Assembly: GCA_002633005.1 (NCBI GenBank)
Contig: NMRA01000427.1
Location: 124,001 to 188,000, forward strand
Source: Phoronis australis
Taxonomy: Eukaryota > Animalia > Phoronida
Direction of reading: 5' to 3'
DNA length: 64,000 bases
Of the stretch, positions 12,601 to 26,190 are shown one piece after another. The translations under genes and the position numbers were made by a program. Numbering within the stretch: position 1 is the stretch's first letter; the number at the start of each line of letters is the position of its first letter. The notes under the pieces were generated by a model. It made no database searches. It was not told where the DNA came from and saw nothing but the letters and a program-made list of their open reading frames with translations.

Positions 12601-15600
12601 TTACTGCCGTTTAATCCGCATTCCAGACGACACCACTTTTCTGAGGTCTGATATCAATGTTTCTATCGTTAAGCGCTAGACAAGTTCTTTGCCCCATGTC
12701 ATGAGGCAAACGTCGATAGTGCACCACGCTGACTGAATACACTCATGTGAAAACACATCGACTTAAAACCGTTGGCAAGAAATAAATCCTAATGCAGCTT
12801 TTTTCGCTGCTATTTTTTATCGTATGTATTAAACGAAAAATAATTTTAAACTAACTTTTCAAGAATTCACTTTCAGATGCCAAGCACATTAAAGATTTTG
12901 CCAATTTCTTTTTGACATTTCAATTCATCCAGTAATTTATTGCCCTGCACACATCGCTAATACGATAATAGCGCCGTCCCGGTTTACACAGTGACACTAG
13001 AATCTCGCTGTATTTACCCACCAGTGACATTGTCGTAAACCTCGGTCTGGCACATTTGCTACCTCGTTTTCGTCTCATCGGCAGTTCACGTGTCATTTGT
13101 TATTGTCTAGAGCTTTACTAGTTTTTTTTTCTGGGTTGAATTACTCTATTCGTCCTTTCAATGCCAACGAAGATTATTACTGTGCTGTGGGCTGCAACGA
13201 TGTGATAAACTGGACAGATGCCCGTAAATGTTTGATGGTGAAATTCTTCGATCCCTACATCAATGAAAGACACGAAAATGTGCCTGACTTCCAATACGAG
13301 GTCTTGTGCTTCCTTATTTCAGGAACAAAGACGAGGTCTATTGCAGTGTAATCCTGGACGGCCCTATTGTTCTGTACGAATATGAACTTAGATCAGACTC
13401 TGAGATATCAAGGGCGGACGGCGACACCATTTGATGTAGAAAAGCATTGTCCACGTACAACACCCACTGAACACTTTCCTAATGGTTGCTTAGTGAAGAC
13501 CTGTCATGACAGTAGATGACACAATTTGGACCCAAAAATAAGAAACCGTTATAAAGACGCCAAAGTGACGTCATGCTAAACAATCCTATAGAAACCGAAA
13601 CTATCATTGGCCCATCCGTAAACAATTTACTGGAATAACACACAAGAAACAAACAAACAAACAAACAAATCACTTTTCATTTGCTTCAATACACACGCCC
13701 ATCCTTTTGGTGACGTGGTACCATGGTCACGTGACAAGTTCATGGATAATTGAGCCAAACGCACCATGGCATACACCTTCAATACTACTGATAGTACTTA
13801 GTGCCACCACCTGTTACGTAAAGCAATGTAGGTAATTTTTGGGGTTTGCTCTGTGGATGGCGTGAATGGTAGACAATTTTTTAAATTCAATGAGCTGAAC
13901 TGAACTGTTAAAACTTCCACCGTACCTTGTCTACCAGCTACAGATACTTTTAAAAATTTCAGTTGTTGTGATATGTTGTTTTACAATATGAGAACTTTAG
14001 ACAACTTATGACCGATTGGCGTTTTACCGATATTCTGCTGCTGAAGCTGTGGTGCTATCTTTTGCGTTGGCTTTAATTTCGCGCCATGCAATACTGCGTC
14101 ACCTATTGGCCACGTTATCCCCAACTCAACCAACTGTTCTTCTTCCACGAAGTTGCGTACATGTCACAACAAATCATCAAAACTGCTTTCATTTCGTTAC
14201 AAGTTTTTAGTACTTTAACACCAATAAATCGAATTACAAAATATTTTGCAGCAGTGATTCCCCAAACGAGAGTGCGAATGCATTGAGTTCAATAAAGAAG
14301 ATTCCAAATTCCGTATAGATGAACGATGAGGAGTTAAAGTACACTTTTTGAGGGCAAAACCGGTGAAATTGATGACCGTGCAGGTTCTTTGAGTGACTAA
14401 TTCTCGCGATCCATTTCAAAATCCGGAAATTGATTTTGGAGGAAATAATGTGCTCTCAACAAGTAAATCGACCATCCCTAGAATGTGGCCAATTGTAACC
14501 TACAATGACCCTCGAAAGTCGAAATAATGTTGTTTTTTCATTTTTGAAAATATGTTTGGAGAAATTATTGATTAATCTGAAATAAGCTAAATATTCACCG
14601 AAAGAACAAAGTGTTGCCAGCACAAATTATGTCGAAATTTGCCCACAAACAAGTTGCACCACTTTTATCTATAAAAGTCAGATAACAATGCTAGTATAAT
14701 GTAAGTTACGTTTTATTATTGACAATCTTAACAACCAAATGCAGAAAACAACGGGAAAGTACTTGAAGATGCTTTAACTCAAAGGCTATGGACATCGTCT
14801 CAGAAAATTTTAAAATACTGTCCGGGTTTCCAGTCCGATCCCGGGGTTTCTGTTGCAAAGGTCGGGATTCGTGTTTTCCAGGTTGGTTAATTGTTTTGAA
14901 GGTGTGGGGGTCTGTTTTCGACACCGGAAATCTGTTTTACACGGGTATTCCGATTTCGTTGGAACACTCTGAAGTTGTTGGAAATCTCCTCTGAACACCA
15001 AAATGTTTCGCGACAACCTTTGCACATACCTGTACATGTATCACAACCGCGGCGAACAACAAAGAGGTCTATGCAATTGCAGTACTGATCATGAATCTAG
15101 CCTGTCTGCAAGCCGTTTCCGGTAAACAACGAAACAGCCACATGGCGTTAGGAAATTGAACACTTGAACATCAGTCAAGAATGGCCCTTAAATAAGCTCA
15201 ACCGATAGTGATGTGACGAACTCAAATTAGAAATATGTTGAAACCTCAAGTGATGACAAATTGTCTGTGCCCGGATGGATGAAACCGACCCAAATACGGA
15301 ATATAACTTAAAATGACAAAGAACGTGAAAAAACACTCTAAATTACATCTTTCAAAGTTATTCTCTTCTACTGAAACAGAAGTCAACCTGTTCAACAGGT
15401 ATTTTGTGTAAAACTGTACATATGGAGACTGTTTGGAAGGCAAATCGGACGTGTATTTCTTTCTCATGATCAAATAACCTGTGTGCCTCAATATAAATAT
15501 CCCACATAGAAACGCTGTCACTACATACCGCATGTGGGACACTTTAGCGCTATTGCATCGGCAGGAGTAGAACGCAGTTCTACCTTTTCCTTGTTTATTA

Positions 15601-18015
15601 TCTACCAAAGTCTACTTTCTAAATTAAAATCGACCATCTTAACTGACCGGAGATAGTTGTCCTACTTTAGCAAAAGTAATAGCCTAAATGACACACAGTA
15701 CAATTTACTTAATGGGTTCCCTGATTCTTTCGTGCTTAATACTTGTAGTCATCGATGCTAAAATATTTCATTCTATTGCATCACCATTTTTTCCTCTTAA
15801 TATCTGAGAAGGTCTCGTGGGCTTGCGCCAACTATATCAGTTCCCACCGGCATTCCGTCAACACTACAATAACGAATAAAAATGATATTAAATAAGCAAA
15901 ATAAAAATTTGGAGTAAACTTGAATAGTCTTCGCTAAGTCGGCAAGGATGAGGAACGTTTTGTGACGCGACTTATACGACATCTGTTGGGAAAAGACTAT
16001 CATCCGAGAACCATGTCTATTCTGCGACATGGTGATGATGAAGTGTTTTACTTGAAACCTGCTTTTAACAATCAAGTGGGGCGCGTGGAATAAGGAGTGA
16101 TTAACATCATGAAAACAGGTTTTGGAATCCTTTTTATAGAACACAAATGGACACCTTGGTGCATGGCTTTTAAAACAGAAGTGAAGCAAAGAAATGGCCC
16201 TCAATTGGTATAGTGCGAACCACACATGCGTTTCGCATTTCCAAGAAAATCGCATAGCTCTTGCGGCGAGAGATCTTGGCTGATACAACAGAAACAATGG
16301 ATCCTATTCCATCATTCAACATTGAGGTCTGCTTAGCACCCTCTCCCATGAAAAATGTAGCGAAATTTGAATGGGGGCGCTTCATGGAAAATCATTTATC
16401 TGTACAACCCAACAGTACAGTACAGAATAACAGCTGTCACCAAACACTATTACCCGCGCTGCTTGAGCAGGTGTATCTATCATGATACAAGTCTCAATGA
16501 TCAAGGTCTTCATGATACATGTACACACAACCAAGGCGACCGCACTTCTTGTGCTGCTCTTCATGAGGAAATCAAATTGCTGAAGATCGAGTTGACTTCT
16601 GCAGCTTTAGTTAGACGTTAGGCACAAGGGGTTTCTACGTGTAGCTTCAACCTCTTGCTACCAATAATTCCCATTGTTTGTAACGCTAACTTAGTCCTTT
16701 CTCTTGACAGGTAAGGTTCCACTTCATCAAACGGGTAATATCGATAATCAGCATAGTTTTCTTTCACTGGATTATCTTCCCCCTAAACTACAGATCTTTC
16801 GAAACATTCAAACGAACTGAAGACAGATTGCCGTTGGAGAAGTCGCTTTAAAATGATTGGTCGCCTACCACACGAACAAAAACGTTATTTGAAAACGTGT
16901 CCGTCGGAATTGCCGAGATATTACGCGAACTTTTAGCGATATAAAACTCCCCTGCTTGTGAACACACAATTTTATACGTGCATATGAAGACTTGAACTCT
17001 CGAAGACATTTCGATCGACGAAGTTTGAACAATGAAACAATATCACGTTTTTTAAAACATTGTTGGGAAGTTGTATGAGATTGATAGGCGGAGCCGCGGT
17101 TTATTTTTGCGGACGCACCCCTTATTGTAGCTTCGGATTGCTCAATACATGTAGTAAATCCGGCGCTGAGTGTGCAAGACTGTACATTATTAAACTTTTA
17201 CTGAGACCGCAAGTCGCATGAAACATGGATCTGCATGCAAAGTCCGTGGTCCTGGGGAAATGTTAAGGGCCCTGTGGCTACGACGGACCCACTTATTGCA
17301 GACCTCACAAAAGCTGTAGGCCTGTCAATGAATGAAAAGACGTTCTCAGTGACAATTGAGCTTGTAAAGGAACACCTGGCTTAACACTTATGAACAATAC
17401 AAGGTCAGGATAAAAAGAAATATTACGTGGGCATTTTGATAGAACAGCAATGGTTGGTGGATCATCCAAACTAATTTAATTTTGATAGTTTGATTTCTTG
17501 GAAACTTCATATGTTGCATTTTAGTTATTGCTTGATTCAAAACTGCAAACACCTGAGGTCATCAAATCAGTCTTTCTGTTACAGTTTCCTAAGTAGAGAC
17601 ACCTATGGAAAAATTGTAAAATCTGCAGTAGTTACTGGAAAAAAACGATGTAGATCATAATTCGCCAAAGTTCATGCATGAAGAAGGAGACAGCTATGAT
17701 CCCTGCAACGTCAAGTATTAACTAGGTACGTCAGGCTGTAATATTCACAGTTAGTTATGTAGTTACTTCAAACTTCCCCTAATTTTAACGATTATTGAAT
17801 TACCTTTGCAAATAGATTAATTTCGCAATCTAATGTATTGTGTTTTTGGATACCTGGCTTACTAGTCTTCTTACGTAGACTTTTCTGTACTGAGTGATAG
17901 TACACTCACTGTATAACGTGACCAAGACAACGTGTTTATGAATACCGGCGCAAAATTGACGATACATGAGACGTTTATGATAAACAGAATTATTTCATCT
18001 AACACTTCCAGTAAT

Positions 18016-18321
18016 CAGTGGCGGATTTAGGGGGGGCAAGGGGCCATGACCCCCCTCCTAAAATTACCCCCAGATACTTTTTGTCAGTTCGGGGTGCGAA
18101 GTGTTGCTTAGCATATGGGCGCCCCCAGGGGGGCTCGGGAGGCGAATGCACATTGCATAGGCCTTGAACAAATCCGTTGTTTACCGTTTTATTAATAATA
18201 AGGTCCACCCAAAAATTTGAGACCCCTGCATCCCTACGTTTTAGGCTGGGCGCGCCCATGTGGCGAAATTCTGGTTATTCCTGTGCCCTTCCCCCCACCG
18301 TAAAACCCTGGATCCGCCCCG
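18016..18321. mobile_element. GC-rich short TIR element (cagtggcggattta...ggatccgccc), one of a dispersed family
   Basis: The same termini recur at ~8918-9215, ~10980-11027, 23693-23856, ~39326, ~50730, ~51500-51702, ~57830 and ~62017-62174. Confidence 0.7.
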
Positions 18322-18724
18322 TTTGGTAATCCCCATCTCCATGCACAAAATTGTCCCAGGGTTTCAATCGGTATTCCTGAGCGTCACTAGGTATCTATGA
18401 AAACAAATACGTCAACATTTGAATGCCTTACTTCACATATATTATGAGTCATCCTGAAGCACGCCCAAGGTGAGTCGGAACAATCACCTACAGTGACCTA
18501 GTAAAACACGAGTTCGTAATTCAACGACAGAGTGCACTCGCTTCAAGTCCAAAAAAGTTGGCAACAAATCTGTGCGCAAGCCGTCAATAGGGACAAACTT
18601 TTTTAAGTCGAACTGATGAAACTTAAATAAGTCTAAAAATTAAACCACACATGTGAGTGTTCGGACGTGACAAAAAGCACAGAAAGGTCCCTATATTCAA
18701 AATGAAGCAAACTTACGCTATCAG

Positions 18725-18874
18725 GGCTGAGTTGCATAAAGCTTCAAAAGATATCCGCTGGATAAGTTTGATTGTTGCATGATGTCATGTGCATTGTTCA
18801 ACAATAACAACGTGACGCGTGATAATGCGACGTCATTGTTGCCATACGGCGTATAACTTTTATGCAACTGGGCC
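18725..18874. mobile_element. Small PIF/Harbinger-like MITE
   Basis: TIRs ggctgagttgcataaa / tttatgcaactgggcc, with a 3-bp CAG flank on both sides. Confidence 0.7.
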
Positions 18875-19601
18875 CAGATGATTAACTTCTATAATCTCGT
18901 CACACGTAATGCGGTGTACTTATAGCATCTACATGTATACCTTAGAAACATTGTCTTTGCTCAACGCAATGGCCTTAAAATTCACGTCGAAGACCATCTA
19001 AGTTGGATTTCTAAGCGAACAAGCTAGCGACAGCGTTCGTGAGCGCTCGCCCACGCTCGCAACCACTCGCTTGCTACACGTGTACAGGAAGTTCAAAAAG
19101 AGAGCGCTCGAGGCTCTCGTGAGCCCTAGCCTTAATAACACACTTCTGGTAGTTCTGGGAAATAAGTGATTTTCTTTCCTGTGTGTATAATATTTCGGCA
19201 TTAAAATGCAACAATCATATTTTAAAATTATTATGTTAGGAGCCTAATGAGGCCATAGAGTAGAAGTATTCATTTTTGGACAACGACATTTAACTCACCG
19301 GATATATAAATGATCTTGCTCTTAAATTAATAGATCACTTGAAAATAAAACATTACCAATTTTCCAAAAACACGACAAGGTAAAAACATGCGAAACGAGC
19401 AAAGTAAGCAAATAAGCATCAATTAAATTTCTCAGGCCCATGAAACTTCAGAAAATTGTTCAAGAAATCCATCTTTTATACATGGCTGCAAGGACGGTGC
19501 CGAAGAAGGGTTAGCATTGTTTTTTGGCGTCTTTTCGTCCGGGGACAACGCTTTTTACTACGAAACCTTTAAATATAGAATGGACCTTTCACCACGTACA
19601 G

Positions 19602-20235
19602 GGATCCGTTTCATAATTTTTTTTTCTGTTTTAGCTTAGACCGAAATCGGGCTAACTTACAGTAAGGTTAAAATGTCTTACTCCCGTTTCAGACAGAAAC
19701 TTACTTGTAACCCGCTACGGAGTAAGATTCAGAAAGGAAATTTAGTCAAAATTATCAAAAGATAGGACCACGATCGCTTAAACTGTTGTGGAACACACTG
19801 TGTTCATACTTTTCCCATTCTAAAGATCGGAAACAACACCAAGTTCAGTATCGTCTATGTCCGATTCCAAAACCCTCAATAGCCGTAGAGACAATGCAAT
19901 ATAGCTTGCCAGTAAAACCAAGGTAATCTCAAGCAACCGAAATCCCAATTGTATCCTAAATGTACATGTAAATAAATCCCCATTTAGACTTTCAAAAACA
20001 GATGATTGTGTTTTGGATGATTGTGTTTGAACCGCATTTCAAGCACGGCCTCGCTTAGTTTTGTGAATTCGCAGCAGGTGGCGAAAACGTAGTTTGTATG
20101 CTCACCTGTGTCAAAAATTAATAATCCGACTTTATGTTCATGTAAGGTCTTTTCTGAAGTTCTTCTTCGATTTCAACTGAGGCAAATGTTTGGTCTAAGT
20201 CTTAGGTCTTAATTCAGTTTTCATGAAACATGTCC
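19602..20235. mobile_element. PIF/Harbinger-like MITE
   Basis: Ends ggatccgtttcataa / ttcatgaaacatgtcc with CAG flanks. Related end sequences occur at ~46090-46190 and ~49116-49156. Confidence 0.6.
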
Positions 20236-20734
20236 CAGATGTTGAATAAGAAGGTGTTCGTTATTATTAGACGTTGGATCAAAAGGAAAGTCGGGTGTTA
20301 ATAGAACGAGCGTTCACAGCTGGTGACCACTTGGGAACAAGTTTAAATTTCAGTGGTTTGTGTTTAAATCCATTTTACGAAGTTTGTTACTGGAATGAAA
20401 TGGACAAAATGTGTACCAGGGTGTTCGGTTCAAATTAACAAAAAAACATGAACGTTAAAGGGGTTTGACACTGTTTCACATTTTAAGCTGTTGCTCATAC
20501 ATGTACATGTACAAGTCATCCACAAACTTTAGGGGTATTTGTTATTCCGCTACAGTCACCTAAGCAGAGGCACCTTTGCAAAAATATTTTTATGGGTTGC
20601 TGCTTTTTTTAACGATTTAATTTTGCTGCACGACACAGTCGTTACTCCGTTAAAATGTCTCTATCCCGAATCCCTGATAGTCTGATGTCGGCGGAAGTAA
20701 GCATCTTTCCATACTATACTATACCATGTGCCGT

Positions 20735-21207
20735 TGGGGGGAAAGTGTCGCCGGTTAAACACCAGCGTAATTATGTACATTACGCTGTTATTTACGCCGT
20801 GAAATTACGAGCGCAGTTTAATTTTTAAGGCGTAAAAATACGCTCGTAATTTAGTTTAAACTCTTAGCAAATGACGTTCGATTTTACAACTCACTGTCGC
20901 CCGCACTCATGTAAATACTTATTTACTGGCGGGTTACATCTATGCTACGAGCGCTGAATCATGGCGGATCAAATCGCTGCAGCAATGTCAGCAATTGTGC
21001 AAGAACGAGCTACCCAGCAACAGTCGTGTATGTTAGGTTAACACTGATTGGTTTAAATTTGGAACGTTCTTAAGGTATTTTACTAGCGTAATTTACGGCG
21101 ACATTTCCCCAATTTAATTTACGGGCGTAATTTTACTGCAACACTTTTGCAATTTAATTTACGCTCGTAATTACGAGCGTAATTTTACGGCGAGACTTTC
21201 CCCACCA
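20735..21207. mobile_element. MITE with TTTACG/CGTAA-rich arms
   Basis: TIRs tggggggaaagtgtcgccg / cggcgagactttccccacca, with repeated ttacgagcg/cgctcgtaa motifs. Similar motif-rich tract at ~43340-43470. Confidence 0.7.
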
Positions 21208-23927
21208 TACTTTCCAAATGTCAGCGTTTTGGATTCTACACAAAAGTTACACAGTGGTTTTTTATGTTTCATTTGGATTACCGTTATAGTCCCTACGAAA
21301 CAAGAACGAAAAGGTTGTCAGTTTCTTAGAGCCTGAGGTATTCTCTCGTCCTATAAAAATGCGTAGTCTGATATTCTCAATAGAGCGCCAATTTCAATAT
21401 CCTGGTTGTTACCCCGCTGCTTTTCATTAGAGATCCACAATGTCATTCTGTGCGGATTGTGAAGGCAGCTTAGCTGATGTGACTAATCTACGACGAGAAT
21501 TTTGTTTTCTTCAAGAAAATCCAAATTGCCATTTCAATTAAATCACACCAGACTTATTTGGATTTGCTTCTTGTTTAGTACGACATCATTTAGAAATTTA
21601 ACGTCGAGCGCTATCACCTTATAATAACCAAAAGTCAACCAAATGTCAATATTTTACAAAGTACATTGTAAATTACCATTGTCGCAAAACAACGAATGCT
21701 TGGCGGCTTTTTGGCAAATTGCGTCGGACCCCCCCCCCACGATTATTTTTATTGGTAAGTTGAACCAATATTCATGGAGGATACATCAATTAAAGCGTGC
21801 AGATGTTACGTATAACATTAATGGTATCGAAGATTCATCGTTCCCCTTCAAATTGGCATAGTGAACTAAAATCGCTCTTCGTCATCTGCTGCGTTTGAAT
21901 ATTTTTCAATTCGTTTAACCCAGCTGGGCGTGGATGATAGCTGAGCTCCCTGTTAAGGAGATTTGAGGTTACTATTACAGATTCAAACGAATATATGCAT
22001 ACACATTCGTATGAAGCGTCAAACGTTTCTTAAACGAGTAAACTTTTGCGCGTTGAAATGTGGTTAATTAGCGCGTAGTTCTGCTTAAGCTACGCGTATC
22101 TTTCAATCGCGTCCGTGCACTCAAACCAATTGATTAAGAGCAGAGCGATGATCGTTTAAGACCTAAAAGTAAAAGTACGCGTAGATTAAGCAAACGTTCA
22201 CGTANTGAGTTTTGCCGTTGCACAGGGATACAGGCTTACGATGCCGAGCGCGTATTTCTTGTGCCTGTCTGTGAACTGCCGGGAGTCGAAATGTTGTAAA
22301 TAAATTGAAGACACTTTTTCACTAAATTAAAAAAATTAAATCTTTTCGCAAGCATGTTGTGTATCCCAAAGGAAATTTTATAAGAAAATTGCGTCGGCTA
22401 CGCGTTTTTCAATTACAGGTACAGAGAGTACACTGTAGCAAGCCTGGGTTGGTTTCAAAGTAAGTGAAAAGGTATGCGTTCGGTTAATAAAGTCATCACC
22501 GGCCGCTTGAGGTGAACGTCGTTCTGTAAATGACACTGTGTGATTTTAGCGAAACGTCCAATGGAGCGGAACAAAGGGATTATTGTTTTCCGGCCGCAGA
22601 TGGTTTAGTCAATTACATAAAGGACGTAGTTTTTGCTTAAAGTTGCAAAATTGAGGCAATGACTTTAGCATCAGTGAATTCAAATGTCAGCGTACCACCG
22701 GTGCAGTTTTTTATTGATTAGGAATAAATTGGTGCGATATATTGCACGAAACAGTTTTCTTTTGGTGCAGCGGTCACAGCTCACAGTGACATTTTACCAC
22801 CCATTTATAAGCGCCAAATTAAGGTGAGCTACATACACGGGAAACAATGCAAGCCAACACATGACGCATTGTATGCACAAAAATAAAAAGATCACTTGAA
22901 AATGTGAGCATTGTAATTAACAGTAAAGCAACCATGCATGACGATTAAGTCGATATCTATTTCACTCTGGCGCAAAATTAATAGCCTGGAAAAAACCATT
23001 GCGATGCATTACTCCACAAAGATAGATTCGAGCATCCTTGTCATTACACCAAGCGTTTGATGTTTTCAATCAACGACCCTAGTGCTAAATCACACACTTC
23101 AAATGTTTATCTCGAGAAAATTTTTAAATGAACCCGCGGCTACAGAGACATTTTAATTTATTTTAGCGAATCCTATACAAGCACCTAGAAATGCAGCAGC
23201 AAATTGCGTCTTAGTACTTCCGAACGGGTTCCAAGCAGGCATAAAAATACGCTGCCCCTTAATAGAGTTCTACTCACCTGGTCATCAAAAGCTGGACATT
23301 TTTGACGACAGCTTTCTCGCTTCCGTCTCACAAGGTGTACCTGAATTTCCCCGTGCTCGTCCTACACTGGCTCAGTGACGAGGCGAGACCGTATGAATTC
23401 CTGGCGTCTCTTTCTTTCTGCTATTGATGAAAGCCCGGCTAAATATAGGTGTTCAGCGAGTGCACATATGACAAGTCTCAGCTTGTGAGTGATGCATCGT
23501 ATCTGGCGTGTATAAGCCTCGGTAACGTCAGAAAATTGGAGCGACAGCGAGCAAAGACTGAGTGTCGTGTCCTGAGGTTTTTGGTGCGCAGAGAACAATG
23601 TTGAAATTAGGTTAGAAAAAATGAGGCACTAAACGTTGATGACGATTTTTGGGGCGGGATAAAAATTGGTTTGACCGAATGGCTGTTGAGATCAGTGGCG
23701 CATTTAAGGCGGGGTGACAAGGGGGCCATGCCTCCCTCCCCTAAAATTCTCCCATATTCCATTTGGCACGTCGTGGGAGTGAGTGTCTGAGGGGCAAAAT
23801 CCTGGTTAAATACTCTGACATGGGCCCCCTAACTCAAAATTCTGGATCCGCCCCTGAAGATTGAGAATCGTATTCTTGATTTCATAACCAAATTGATCGT
23901 CATCATATAACCTATTCTCCTGGGTTG

Positions 23928-23956
23928 CCATTATCATCATTGCTATCGCCATTGTG

Positions 23957-23993
<37 letters not shown>

Positions 23994-24262
23994 CCACCAT
24001 CATCATCGTCACCATCATCATCGTCATCATCATCATCATCATCATCGTCATCATCATCATCATCATCATCATCATAATCACCATCACCATTACCATCAAA
24101 ACCATGATCTTATCATAATAGCGTCGTCGTTATCGTTTTATCGTCTTCATATTCGTCACAATGTAGTCATCAACATTATTATCACAACAACCACAATCAT
24201 CACCGTCATCATTGTCGTCGTCGCCGTAGTCGTCGTCGTCATCACCATCGTCATCATCATTG
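23928..24262. repeat. (CAT)n/(CGT)n trinucleotide microsatellite
   Basis: Direct reading; it explains the poly-Met ORF at 23806-24105. Confidence 0.97.
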
Positions 24263-25689
24263 ATATCATGATGGTTACCAAACGGAGTGAATTACCGATA
24301 AATAAAACATACTGCAGACGTTGGCGACAATTGAGAAAAAAGATAACAGTCTAGACAATAGTTATAACAAACGGATTTGGCCGTGAATTGGAAACCGCGG
24401 ACCTTGGACAGGAAGCTTTTACCTACAAATTGGAAAAACCAGTATTAAAAGAAGAGACACGAGGGACGCAACATGTCCAAAACACATAAACCAAAAATAA
24501 CCAAAAATGTTGGCATTTATTATATAAAGTCATCTGTTCAGTAGGTAAAATGCATGTCAGTTCAGATCAGAATTTGACATTTAGTTTTGCTGGGCTATTG
24601 CTTTCGGTGTCCTAACTTCAAGATTGGATGTCCTAATAACCAAAAAGGATAACTCTAATTCTTAATTCTGCGGCACTTGTTATTAAGGTTGTATAGAACA
24701 ACGGTGCAATTTCTGTCGTCAGAAATAGGTGATCGAATTTATATAAATTTCAATATGCGATTTATATAAAACTTCAATGTGCTACACTGTTGCACTCTTC
24801 TCTAAAGGAGTTATAAATTAGAATAATTAGTTTCTCTTAGACGCCATATGGTGGTCAGGTCACCTGACATTACCAACACATGGCGCGTAAGAAGATTAAT
24901 AATTCATACTTATACAACGCAGATACACACTGATTTATAACAGCACACTTACTGTATATGATGTTGGGAATTACTTTTGAGATGTTCCACTTTGTATGAG
25001 GAGCTTTCATGGTTTTAATGGGAAAATCAAAAGGACCATAAGAAGATTAAATGAAGACTTAGAAAATGTGTAACACCGTCGGAATTTCAAATTAAAGAAA
25101 TCGTTAAAAACGCTAGTTCCAAAATCTTACTCTACGGACTGAATTTCGCAAAAATCTTCTTTTCTGGAACGGAAAGAATGGAGTAGATCCCATAATTGAC
25201 CTATCGCAAGCTCCACCCCTTGAAAAATGTCGGCAAACAAACAAGAAATTTTACCTGGCAACGTGTTGTTTGTTGGGTAAAATGGCGGCTTGTAAATGAA
25301 GGTGTGTCAAGAATGCTGCGTTCTGATTGGTCAGAGCCGGGCTAAGTGGTGAGCCACTGAGCATACTTGTGAAACACGTCCCTTTTACTCGCGTGATTCT
25401 GCGAGTATTGGGCAATAACTGGCAAGAAACTTGGTCTACAGAACACTCTCCTGATCCTGGCGGAAACGATGTAGACGGTTTAAATTGGATTGAAATAAAG
25501 CCTAGGTCAGCAGATGCGTTTAAAACTTATTCGAAGTTAATAGGTTCACTTTGGACAGTCTCACGCAAACCATTAAATTAACTGTTCAGCCTCTACTAGC
25601 ATTTTGGTGTACCAGTCTGACCTAATCTGCTTCGTTGATAGACATACATACAATTAAGCAGGCGGACACGTATGCAGCCAAATAGGTTG

Positions 25690-25817
25690 GCAGGCAGGTA
25701 GACAGATGACGGACAGATAGAGAGACAGATACGCAGACAGAAAGACAGTCAGACAGACAATGAGATAGATAACACACACACATACATACTACATACATGC
25801 ATGCATACATACATACA

Positions 25818-25848
<31 letters not shown>

Positions 25849-25886
25849 GTTATACGTAAATAGGTAGATGGATAGATAGACAGAGA
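25690..25886. repeat. Compound (GACA)/(CATA)/(GATA) microsatellite
   Basis: Direct reading; it explains the MYVC-repeat ORF. Confidence 0.95.
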
Positions 25887-26112
25887 GCTAGGTTCGTTCT
25901 ATTCGAACAGTAAAGACAAGGAGAATAACAGAAGGCATAGAGAGGCGTTTGTACGAAGGACATCTTCAAAAGCAATGCAACCAAACAGCTTGATTAATCC
26001 AGAATGACGAGAGAAGTAAATACTAGCCAGAATGAACATTTAAAATAGTTCAAGCAGTTTTTTAGAAACAAATCGAAACACTTGTCTTTCCTGCACAAGC
26101 GTTGTAATGTCA

Positions 26113-26190
26113 CCCCTTGTCGTGTGGTCCCTCCCACTTCGGGGTCCGATAGCGTTACCCCTTGTCGTGGTCCCTCCAACTTCGGGGCCC
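26113..26190. repeat. Short tandem duplication (~45 bp x2)
   Basis: accccttgtcgt(gt)ggtccctcc(c/a)acttcgggg occurs twice. Confidence 0.85.

Noticed and set aside
13097-13480. Cys-containing exon-like block
   Set aside because: No domain pattern or consistent splice partners could be established by eye.
23806-24105. Poly-methionine ORF
   Set aside because: Artefact of the (CAT)n microsatellite read on the minus strand.
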